From positions 62,001-126,000 of the forward strand of contig MCFH01000005.1 of the NCBI GenBank assembly GCA_002104945.1: a stretch of DNA of 64,000 nucleotides, in the 5' to 3' direction. Source of the stretch: Piromyces finnis finn (Eukaryota > Fungi > Neocallimastigomycota). Position numbers and translations under genes: made by a program. Below are positions 41,901-54,800 of the stretch, piece after piece (position 1 is the first letter of the stretch; every line of letters starts with the position of its first letter). Below the pieces are notes generated by a model. The model was given only the letters and a program-made list of their open reading frames with translations, was not told the DNA's origin and made no database searches.

Positions 41901-43506
41901 TGCCATTATATATTGTCTACGTGCTATGGTTGGCACAGATATTCCATTAAATCAAGGTTGTCTTGCACCTGTAAAGATCATTATACCAGAAGGATCTATT
42001 TTATCACCAAAAGGAGGTGTTGCAGTAGTTGGTGGTAATGTACTTACTTCTCAACGTATTTGTGATGTTATCTTAAAAGCATTTAATGCTACAGCTGCTA
42101 GTCAAGGGTTAATATTAGAATTACTACTTATTTATAATATTAAAATTTAATAATATATTTTAATACTTTTTAAAAAATTGTTATTATTAGTTGTATGAAT
42201 AACATTACTTTTGGTAAGGAAGGTGATGATGGATGGGGTTACTACGAAGTATGTATTAACTCATTAAATAAATATCTTATTTAATTAATATATTATTAAC
42301 TAATTAATTTATTAATTATAAAATAATTTATATTAATAGACTATTGGTAATATATATATATATATTTATGTATTTTTATAATTTTAATGTCATTACTAAT
42401 TCTTTTGTATATATAAAAATATCTTATCATGATATTAAATTAAATTCAAGCTGGTGGAAGGTAAATATTTATTATATGAAATTAAAAAAATTAATTTATA
42501 ATAAAGTAATAAAAATGTGTATCTTTGGTATTTTCGATTATTAAAATAATAAAATATAGTGGTGCTGTAAGTATTTTATATTTAAATGTAACTTATTATA
42601 TTTATAAAATGAAAGAATATAACTAAAAAAATAATATTTTACATTTTAATTAAATAAAGGGTCCAACATGGCATGGAAGAAGTATATTATAATTTTATTA
42701 TTTGCTATATAATTATTTTTTTTATCAATATATATATATATATAATCATTCTAATTCTAATTCTAATTATAAATTATACAATATTAAAAAATAAAATAAA
42801 AATAGGTGGAATTCATACCCATATGGTAATAGCATTTTAAACTGATCAATTAATATATTTTTTAATTATATATAATAAATAATATAAATAATAATGAAGT
42901 TTTTTTTTTTTTTTTTTTTTTTTTTATATCTCAAAAATTATATTAACCATAGACAAATACAAGAATTACTGATCCTGTAAGTTTAATTAATATTTTTTTT
43001 TTTTTTTTATCAAATAGCATATATTTGATATAAATGACCAATGATATTATTTAATATAATCTATAGGAAATTCTTGAAAAACGTTATCCTGTTATATTAA
43101 AGAGATTTGAAATAAGAGAAAACTCAGGTGGTAGAGGTGAATTTAATGGTGGTGATGGTGTGATCCGTGAATTAGAGTTTCTAGAACCATTACAATTATC
43201 TGTTTTAACTGAAAGAAGAGTGTTTGCTCCATATGGGTAAATTAACAAATTTTACTTTTATATATTTAAATTTTATTATTATTATTAGTATTAACAATTA
43301 TTTAATATAAATAAATTTAATAATGTAGACTTGAGGGAGGTGAAAATGGTATGAAAGGGGAAAATATTTGGATTCATAATATTGAAAATTCAGATAAAAC
43401 GGAAATTTTAAATATTGGTGGTAAAAATACAATAACCTTAGGAATTAATGATAGAATTATTATAAAAACACCAGGAGGTGGAGGTTGGGGTAAACCTAAA
43501 AATTAA
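35982..43506 (+). CDS. OXP1: ATP-dependent 5-oxoprolinase (fused hydantoinase A/B type); ~32 exons
   Basis: [16 protein letters not shown]; DP.NYK|DAPTE|AIRR; IRMGTT|[12 protein letters not shown]; [14 protein letters not shown]; IGFDMGGT|STDVSRY; [13 protein letters not shown]; [12 protein letters not shown]|CYRKGG; LACFGGA; [38 protein letters not shown]; [12 protein letters not shown]; GHHADIGG; GGNVLTSQR; YYETIAGGSGAGP; [11 protein letters not shown]; TPGGGGWG, stop at 43506. Confidence 0.96.
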
Positions 43507-43664
43507 TTTTTAAATTTAAATCAAGAGATAATAATTAATAAAAAAAGACTACTTTATTAGATATAATATTTAAATAAGTAATAAATAATAAAAAAAAAAA
43601 AACAAAAATAAAATAAAAAAAAAAATGAATGCTTTAAAAATTTTATAGAAAAAGTAAATTGTTG

Positions 43665-43666
43665 TA

Positions 43667-43755
<89 letters not shown>
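43665..43755. repeat. (TAA)n microsatellite between OXP1 and the ABC ATPase
   Basis: About 30 TAA units read directly. Confidence 0.95.
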
Positions 43756-43756
<1 letters not shown>

Positions 43757-43969
43757 GTTATTATTTATTATAGTTTTTTAAAATAAATATTACAAAAATT
43801 TTCAAAAAACAAAATTTTTAAGGTATATAAATTTCAACTTTAATAATAATTATTTAAATTTGTAATTTTTATTTTTTTTTTTTTGCTTTTTTTTTTTTTT
43901 TTTTGCTGTGTATTGTGTATTATTATTATTATAATTTCTTAAACTAAAATCTAATAAGTAATAAAAAAA

Positions 43970-45770
43970 ATGAATAAAAAAATTATCAACAACTCTTCAT
44001 GCGCTAGTGAAATTATTTTGGAGACTTCAGAATATAATGTAATTATAATAATAGCATATATATTCAACATGTTTTATATTAAGAAATTAAAAATTTATGA
44101 ATAATGTATACAAATAAAACACTGTAAGGATATTGATGATGAATTTGAAGATAAAAGTCAGAATGAAGTTGTTGTACATTTAGAAAATATTCATAAAACA
44201 TATTTAATTGGTTTAGAAGGTGTACCAGCTATAAGGTAAATACCTTAAATAAAAAATATTAAAGGTTTATTGTAAAATAATAATAATAATAATAATAATT
44301 GTTATTAATGTAATTAATGATATAAAAATATAATTTTTAATTAAAAGAGGAATTTCGTTAGATGTAAGAAGAGGAGAATGGCTTACAATATATGGTACTT
44401 CAGGAGGAGGAAAAACATCATTATTAAATATTTTAGGAACAATTGATAAACCAACAAAAGGAGAATTAGTAATATGTGGAACAAGTAATTTTAATACTAA
44501 TAAAATAAAAAAATTTTTTTTTCTTTATTATAATTGTTTTTTTTTTTTACTTTAATATTATAGAAATTAATTCAAATACAAAAGATTCTGTCCTTGCCGA
44601 TTTAAGATTAAAAAAATTGTAAATAATATTAATATAGAAATTATTAGTAATTAATGATAATACTAATTTATGTAATTGCTTTTTGGATATAAAAATCTTT
44701 AATATTTATATAGAGGATTTGTGTTTCAAGCATTTAATCTATTAAATACAATGACAGCCAAAGAAAATATAGAATTTCCAATGCAGCTATTAGGACAATT
44801 GGATAAAGCTGAAAGAACAGCTGTGTCGTTAGGTAAATATAAAAATAATAATATCGTTATAAATTTATTAATATAATACTGAAGATTTTTATGATTGTAC
44901 AATATTAATATTTTAAATTTTTAAAATAATGAAAATATAATAAAATGAATATTTAATATGTATAATTTAAAAGCAAGTTTATATAGAGTAGGATTAGAAA
45001 ATAGAGTTAATCATTATCCGAATCAATTATCTGGTGGTGAACAACAAAGAGTTACAATTGCTCGTGCAATTTCAAATAAACCTGATATATTACTTCTTGA
45101 TGAGCCAACGTAATTTCTTTTTATAATCTTATTAAAATTATGTTAATTTTATATTTACAAAATAATTTATATATAATTTTAATTTTATATAATTCATTAT
45201 CAAAAAAGTGGAGATCTTGATAGAGAAAATACTTATAAAATTATTAAACTTTTACATAATCTTAATATAGCTGATAGTATGTCATATATATATATATATA
45301 TTATATTTTTTTGATATATAGAACTTTTATAAAAAGTTAAATTTATTCTATTATATATGTTTTAATAAAGAAATGACATTAATTATGGTGACGCATGATG
45401 TTTATTTAAAAAATTTTGCGGATAGAGTTATTTATATGAGGGATGGAAAAATTGCTAAACATGAGGTGATTCCAGTAGAAATGAAAAAAAAAGCACTTGC
45501 TGATTTAGACAATAGAATTAATGAAGTACATTAATTAATATAATATATATATAATTATATTATTTTATTCCTTAAAAATCTAATTTATCTTATTTATTGA
45601 TTTTAACATAATTTTAAAATATATAAAAGCTTACAAAACCAAAAAATAAGATTATTTCATCAAATAGTAAAGAAAAATTAACTGGAAATACTATTATTAA
45701 AAAACAATCAGACTATCCGACATTTTCTTTTAGACAAAGAAATATTAAATCAAATTCTCTTGTATCATAA
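43970..45770 (+). CDS. Stand-alone ABC ATP-binding protein of the LolD/FtsE/MacB (MJ0796-like) family; 328 aa, 9 exons, no TM domain
   Basis: Exons 43970-44038, 44129-44235, 44348-44484, 44564-44618, 44714-44832, 44974-45109, 45209-45276, 45371-45525 and 45630-45770 total 987 nt. Motifs: [23 protein letters not shown], Walker [21 protein letters not shown]-loop [10 protein letters not shown], signature [19 protein letters not shown], Walker B LLLDEPTGDLD, H-loop [16 protein letters not shown]. Confidence 0.93.
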
Positions 45771-46200
45771 ATTTCAATTTTAATATCATTTTTATCTATT
45801 TTATAGTATATAATTTATATAATCATCGTTTCATTTAAAATTTTGATCAAATAAAATATAATTTTATAAATAATTTTATTCAATAAATAAAAATTATTTT
45901 TGATAATCTACTATACTAATAATATTTATATAATAACATCAACTTTTCTAATAATGATTATTTTGTACGATTTTTAAATTAAAATAAAATATAATTAAAA
46001 TAAAATTATATTTTTAAAAATCTGTAATTAATATAATAATAAACCTTTTTGAACATATAAATATCTATATAAATAATATCTTATATTTATATTATTTATT
46101 AATAATAATTATATTATTATGTTTTTATATAAGCTTTATAATAGAATAATAAATAAAAAATATATATATTAATAATTATAGCTAATTGTTACATAATGGT

Positions 46201-46270
46201 TTAATTATTTTTAATTAAAGTTTTTCTTTCAACAGATATTGGAACTAAATTATTATTTATATTCTTAATT

Positions 46271-46308
<38 letters not shown>

Positions 46309-48770
46309 TCTGTTATTAATATTCTTTTTACCAATATTATAATTATTTCTCATAATATTGCTATCATTACTTTTTAGATTTTTATATTTAAGGTTATTAT
46401 AAATATTTTTATTACTTTGATAGTCCTTTTTCATGATATTATTATTATTCACATTATTCCTATATTTCATTGTACTTTTGACACCATTAATAGGTAAAAA
46501 TATTGGCTTTTCTTGTGGTTTTTGATTTTCTTTTTGAATTTCTTTTTCCTTTTCTATTTCATCATTTTGAATACTAATGTCATTTTGATATTCTAAAATT
46601 TTGCTTACTCTATCATAAATAAATGAATTAAGATCTTTCCATCCACCACCAATTCTGATCATGACGGTTTCACCTACGACACGACAATAATATGTTTTGG
46701 ATTCTTTAAATGAACATTTATTATTGGATTTTATTATTGGTTTTCTTAAATTGTTTATAAAAGCTTCTATATTATTAATTTTATAATAGTTTATTGGAAT
46801 ATTCCCATGACTAGTACTTTCATTTAAAGTTTTGTTGCTATCACTAGTGTTATTATTAATACTGTTATTGCTTTTTTTAAGAATTGCTTCAAAATTTTTG
46901 TGATTAATTTTATAATCATTAAGATCAACAAAAGAATCAAAGGAACAACAATCAATATTTTTATTTAAAAAGTCGCTGTCATTTCTATAATCGCTTCTTT
47001 TTTGTATATTGTTAAATGATTCATTACTTTTATTGCATTCAATTTGAGATTCGTCTTTTTTACATGAGTATATATTTATTTTTGAATTAATATTATCATT
47101 AAAAGAATTATTTGAACTAAATGATGAATTAATTATATCTATTTTGTTTAAATTCTTATTGTAAATCTTTAATAATGGTATTCTTGATTTTTTAATTCCA
47201 GCATTTTTAAATACTTTTGAAACACTTGGGTAAAGTATATACTTATTTTTTTTTGAAAATGATTCTTTTATGCAATTTCTCTTATTGATTAGATTTGAAA
47301 TACTGTTTTTGATTTTTGATTTAGGGGTTTTGCTTATATTATTAATTCTGCCCAGATTAGAATTACGACGAGATATTGTTTTTTCAATTAATGATTTTTT
47401 TGAATCGTCATTAGTTATAGTAATAAATGAACTGTACATAGGTGCCATTTTATTTAACGATGGACATCTTGAAGAATTATTTTCAAAATAGTAGCTAAAA
47501 ATAGATGAATACGAATTATTAATTAAAATTGGTGATTTATTACTAATATTGCTTTTTTTATCAATACTTAAGTTATTAATACTATCAATATCTTCTAGTT
47601 TATTTTGCTCATTGTTATTTATTGATTTACCATTATTATTACTATTACTATTACTATTGCTATTATTATTATTATTATTATTACTATTATTATTATTATT
47701 ATTGTTGTTGTTGTTGTTATTGCTAATGTTGTTATTTTTATTATTTATTTTTATTTTTGAACTTTCTTCTATTTTACTATATTGTTTTAATTCTTCTTCT
47801 GTGAAATTTATATCTTTAGATATTTCAAATAAACTATCAACTGATATTTTTGAATAATTTAAAGACTCATTAGAATTATCATCATCATCATCATCATTCT
47901 TCAGTTTAATAGAAAGCTTAGTATTTTTAAATGAAATATCACTTATAATACTATTTGTTTCATTATCTCCATTATTATTAATAGATACAACAGAAATATC
48001 TGAATCAAAAAAACTCTTTTTTATTTCCTTTTTGCTATTAATTTTATTGTTTATTTCATCAATTATTACAGTATTATCTTTTGTTAATATATCGGATGTA
48101 CTATTTAATAAACTATTAATAGAAACCAATGACTCATTAGATTTTTCAATATTATTTAAGTTCAAAGGACTATTATTTATTATGTTATTAAATCTTATAT
48201 TAAATGGATTATTATTAAGTATACTGTTATTAAAGGATTGAGAACCTGAATAATTTTCACCTAAATTTAAATAACTTTCATTTTCGATGTATTTAACATT
48301 TGGCTCATTATTGATTATATCATCAAACATTTGTAAAGAATTTTCAACTAAATTACTATGTTCATTATTCTTTTTTTTATTATCTAATAAATTCTCATGA
48401 CTATAAGGCTTTGCTAAATTATATTTATTTCTTAAATTTTCATATAATCTTAAATCATCATTACCATTTAACTTTAATTTATTATCCTCGTTCTTTGAAA
48501 ATGAAATATTATTAGCTTTTCCATTTAATAATAACTTATTATGAATATTATTTGTATTCTTATATAATGATAATAAGGATTCATAACTTTTATTTATTTC
48601 GTTATATTTATTTGACAATTCTTTTTCAATATTGCTACTATTTTCATCACCATCATTTAGTATACTAATTATTTTATTATATTTATCACTAATGTTATCC
48701 ACATATAATGATATAATTTTATCTAATTTAATACTATCTCCTTCATCTAATTTATTATATGAATTAATTA

Positions 48771-48804
<34 letters not shown>

Positions 48805-51800
48805 TTCGTTACTAATTGAACATTTATTATTACAAGACATCTTATTTTCGTTTTGAGAAATTATACTACTTAGATTGGATAAGTTAGGATCACTATTGTT
48901 ACTTGATTTCATTCTTTCTATTGAAAGCATCATTTCCTTAATTTCTCCAATTTTTCTATCCAAATTTTGATTAAATATACTTGAATTATCTCTTGATAAT
49001 TTTTCCTTGTTTGATTTAATTGATAAATTAGATAAACTATTTGAATAACATACATTAATATTATTTCTTAAGTTTATGAAAGAATTAAGAAGGGATGATT
49101 CTGAATCATGTCTACTTAAATTATCTTCATTATTATTATTTTCATCATTATATTTTTGAAAGTCTTTATTCAAATTATTTAGAATTAAAATTTTAATTTT
49201 CTCCATATCTTCATTATTATTATTTATATCATTTTTGGGATCAATACTAATAACACTTTGAATCGATTCATTACTATAATTCTTTAAAAATTGTTCATAT
49301 AAAATAGGATAATTATTTAATAACGAATCTAATGATTCTTTTGAATTACATTTTGTATTTGTATTACTTAATAAATTAGAATTTGAGTTTGAGTTTTTAA
49401 ATTCGTTATATAAATCAAAAACTTCATATATATTATTGTTTGTATCTTTAGTACTAGATTTGCTACTATTTAATAAATTATATTGAACATCATTACTATT
49501 TTTACTGTCATTATATATATCTGAAGTATTTTTTAATTTCTCAATTGATTTATGAATACTTTCAATTGACTTCATTATATTATATTCGTATTTTTGATAA
49601 TCTAAATTAGGAATTTCATACTTATTTTTTAATATATTATTAGGTTCACTATATAATTTCGATTTAGAATTTACGTTTTCATTTGAATCAATGATTAAAT
49701 TATTAATTGATTTATCATTTTTGCTTAAACTTTCTAAACTCTCAGGATTTTTTTGATTTGATATATCATTTGAAGAATTATTTTTTTTAAAAAGATTTTT
49801 TTGAAATTCAATTAAATTATTATATGAATCTGTAATTGCATAGTTATTATTATTTTGTAAGTTATTTAATTCATTTTGTTTTTCATCCATTAATTCATTT
49901 TCAATGATTCCATTCTGTTCATTATCAATTAATTCATTTTGTTCTTCCTCAACATTATCATTTTGTTTTTCATTAATTAATTCATTTTGTTCTTCCTCAA
50001 CATTCTCACTTTGTTTTTCATCAATTAATTCATCTTGTTCTTCTTCAATTAATTCATTTTCAATGCTTTCATTTTGTTCATTATTAATTAATTTATTTTG
50101 CTCTTCTTCAAGATTTTCATTTTTTCTTTCATCAATTAACACATTTTTCTCTTCTTTAATATTTTCATTTTGTTTTTCATCAATTAATTCACTTTCAATG
50201 CTTTCATTTTGTTCATTATTAATTAATTTATTTTGTTCTTCCTCAATATTCTCACTTTGTTCTTCATTCATTAATTCATTTTCAATGATTTCATTTTGCT
50301 CTTCTTCGATATTTTCATCTTGTTCTTCTTCAATTAATTCATTTTCAATTATTCCATTCTGTTCATTATCAATTAATTCATTTTGTTCTTTTTCCTCAAT
50401 GATTTCAATTTGTTCATTATCAATTAATTCATTTTCAATGATTTCATTTGTAGTTGCATAGTTAATATTATTTTGTAAGCTATTTAATTCATTTTGTTTT
50501 TCATCCATTAATTCATTTTCAATGATTCCATTCTGTTCATTATCAATTAATTCATTTTGTTCTTTTTCCTCAATGATTTCAATTTGTTCATTATCAATTA
50601 ATTCATTTTCAATGATTTCATTTGTAGTTGCATAGTTAATATTATTTTGTAAGCTATTTAATTCATTTTGTTTTTCATCCATTAATTCATTTTCAATGAT
50701 TCCATTCTGTTCATTATCAATTAATTCATTTTGTTCTTCCTCAACATTCTCACTTTGTTTTTCATCAATTAATTCATCTTGTTCTTCTTCAATTAATTCA
50801 TTTTCAATTATTCCATTCTGTTCATTATCAATTAATTCATTTTGTTCTTCCTCAACATTATCACTTTGTTTATCATTCATTAATTCATTTTCAATGATTT
50901 CATTTTGTTCTTCCTCAACATTATCACTTTGTTTTTCATCAATTAATTCATTTTGTTCTTCTTCAATATTTTCATCTTGTTCTTTATTCATTAATTCATT
51001 TTCAATGATTTCAATTTGTTCATTATCAATTAATTCATTTTCAATGATTCCATTCTGTTCATTATCAATTAATTCATTTTGTTCTTTTTCCTCAATGATT
51101 TCAATTTGTTCATTATCAATTAATTCATTTTCAATGATTTCATTTGTAGTTGCATAGTTAATATTATTTTGTAAGCTATTTAATTCATTTTGTTTTTCAT
51201 CCATTAATTCATTTTCAATGATTCCATTCTGTTCATTATCAATTAATTCATTTTGTTCTTCCTCAACATTCTCACTTTGTTTTTCCTCAATGATTTCAAT
51301 TTGTTCATTATCAATTAATTCATTTTCAATGATTCCATTCTGTTCATTATCAATTAATTCATTTTGTTCTTTTTCCTCAATGATTTCAATTTGTTCATTA
51401 TCAATTAATTCATTTTCAATGATTTTATTTGTAGTTGCATAGTTAATATTATTTTGTAAGCTATTTAATTCATTTTGTTTTTCATCCATTAATTCATTTT
51501 CAATGATTCCATTCTGTTCATTATCAATTAATTCATTTTGTTCTTTTTCCTCAATGATTTCAATTTGTTCATTATCAATTAATTCATTTTCAATGATTCC
51601 ATTCTGTTCATTATCAATTAATTCATTTTGTTCTTTTTCCTCAATGATTTCAATTTGTTCATTATCAATTAATTCATTTTCAATGATTTCATTTGTAGTT
51701 GCATAGTTAATATTATTTTGTAAGCTATTTAATTCATTTTGTTTTTCATCCATTAATTCATTTTCAATGATTCCATTCTGTTCATTATCAATTAATTCAT

Positions 51801-54800
51801 TTTGTTCTTCCTCAACATTCTCACTTTGTTTTTCCTCAATGATTTCAATTTGTTCATTATCAATTAATTCATTTTCAATGATTCCATTCTGTTCATTATC
51901 AATTAATTCATTTTGTTCTTTTTCCTCAATGATTTCAATTTGTTCATTATCAATTAATTCATTTTCAATGATTTTATTTGTAGTTGCATAGTTAATATTA
52001 TTTTGTAAGCTATTTAATTCATTTTGTTTTTCATCCATTAATTCATTTTCAATGATTCCATTCTGTTCATTATCAATTAATTCATTTTGTTCTTTTTCCT
52101 CAATGATTTCAATTTGTTCATTATCAATTAATTCATTTTCAATGATTCCATTCTGTTCATTATCAATTAATTCATTTTGTTCTTTTTCCTCAATGATTTC
52201 AATTTGTTCATTATCAATTAATTCATTTTCAATGATTTCATTTGTAGTTGCATAGTTAATATTATTTTGTAAGCTATTTAATTCATTTTGTTTTTCATCC
52301 ATTAATTCATTTTCAATGATTCCATTCTGTTCATTATCAATTAATTCATTTTGTTCTTCCTCAACATTATCACTTTGTTTATCATTCATTAATTCATTTT
52401 CAATGATTTCATTTTGTTCTTCCTCAACATTATCATTTTGTTTTTCATCAACTAATTCATTTTGCTCTTCTTCAATATTTTCATCTTGTTCTTTATTCAT
52501 TATTTCATTTTCAATGATTTTATTTTGTTCATTATCAATTAATTCATTTTCAATGATTCCATTCTGTTCATTATCAATTAATTCATTTTGTTCTTCCTCA
52601 ACATTCTCACATTGTTTATCATTCATTAATTCATTTTCAATGATTTCATTTTGCTCTTCCTCAACATTATCACTTTGTTTTTCATCAATTAATTCATTTT
52701 GTTCTTCTTCAATATTTTCATCTTGTTCTTTATTCATTAATTCATTTTCAATGATTTCATTTTGTTCATTATCAATTAATTCATTTTCAATGATTTCATT
52801 TGTAGTTGCATAGTTAATATTATTTTGTAAGCTATTTAATTCATTTTGTTTTTCATCCATTAATTCATTTTCAATGATTCCATTTTGTTCATTATCAATT
52901 AATTCATTTTGTTCTTTCTCGATATTCTCACTTTGTTTATCATTCATTAATTCATTTTCAATGATTTTATTTTGCTCTTCTTCAATATTTTTCCAGAGTA
53001 AATAATCAAATTGTATATTATCATTTAATATTTTAGACAAACATTTATTTGGCTTTATGATATAATTATCATTAAAATTATTTTCTGAATATATAGAACT
53101 ATTGGAGTTATTTGTTAAACTTTCAATACTATATGACTCATTAATTTCAATTTCATTTTTTGTTATTTCAATTAAATTTGAAGGTTTACTTATCTCTTTA
53201 TTAATATTTGAATTATTTGTATTTTCTTTAATTATATTAAAGTTTTTATTAATATCATTGAATTTTAATACTTTTTTATTGCATATTTTTTCTTTAATAC
53301 TAAATACTAATTTTTCATTTAAATAAATATTATTATTATAATTATTAATGATTCTATAAAAATCTTCATCTAAATAGAAATTATCTGATAAATTTGATAT
53401 ATTATTATTATTATCATTTTCAAATTCTGTTATTCTATTTTTTATAAACATTTTATTTTTATTATTTTCTTTTAAAATATTTTCTAAATTATTTAATTCA
53501 TTAAACTTGATATTATCCTTATTATTATCATTATCTTCATTTATATTATTTTCAATAAAATTTAATGTATTTGTACTATTAGTGATATAAACATTATTTA
53601 TAGTTTTGTTAAAGTTTTCTTTACATTTATTTTCATTAATATTAATTATATATTTTTCTTTTTCTTTATTTATTAAGCCATGTGATTTTACTATTTTTGA
53701 TTTCTTATTATTTTCCATATTTAAAATATTCATATTATTTTTAATATTATTTAAAATATATTCATAATTCAATTTAATAACTTCAAAGCTGGCTTTTGTA
53801 TTTATATTTGAAGTTAAATTAATTATTTTTTTATAGCTTTTAATTATTATTAGTCTTTTTTTATTATTTTTTAATAAAGCGAAATTAAATATTAAAAATA
53901 GTTTATAATATTTAAATAGTTTTATATTTTTAAAACAATTATAGTTATGTTTTAAAATGTTGTTTTTTAAAATGTTTTTGAAATTAAACAGTTTAATATT
54001 TAATTTATCTAATATTTTATATTTTTTATTTATTCTATTTATTGTATCTGAATATATAATATTATTTTTTATATAATTTTTTTTTAATATTTCTAGATAT
54101 ATGTTAATAAAGCATATATTGTATATAGTATAATTTTTTTTTATCAATTCATTTTTAAATGGTTGTTTTTTTTTAGATTTAATATTTATTTCATTTAACA
54201 ACTTATATATTTTTAACTGTTTTTTTAAAGTTTTATTGAATGTTTTATTTTTAATTAAAAATATAAACGAATTATTTTTACTCGTTAAAAAGTCTTTATA
54301 AAATATCAATTTTCTGGTACATTCTCTTTCTCTAATGTTATTAATTAAATTATATAAAAATATTTATTAAAAATAATATATTTATTTAATAAAAAAAAGT
54401 ATTAAATATAAATTGACATTAATATATTATTATGAATATTACTTAATATTACTTAAATCTATATTTTCATAAATGTTCTGAATAGAAGAGTTTCTACTAA
54501 CAGAGTATTTAAATTTTGTTAAATCATTTTTTTCCATATAATAATTAATTTTTGAATTTATAATTAAATTTCTTTTATATATCTTTTCATTAAATGATTT
54601 TATATATTGTATGCAATGGTTTCTTTCTTTTTTTTCATCTTCATTTTTTAGATCTATTTCTTTAATTTCAATAAACCAAGAGAAATTATTAATATTTTTC
54701 GCTAAAAATTGTTGAATTTCATTTTCATATTTTTTTATTTGATAAATATTAAATTCAACCTCATAATCTTTATTTGAATTAGATTCAATTAATTTGTCAA

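Noticed and set aside
35982-45770. OXP1 plus the adjacent ABC ATPase as an operon-like, horizontally acquired catabolic cluster
   Set aside because: Both genes are intron-rich. OXP1 is the fused eukaryotic type, and LolD-type ATPases are not amino-acid importers. Adjacency alone is not evidence.
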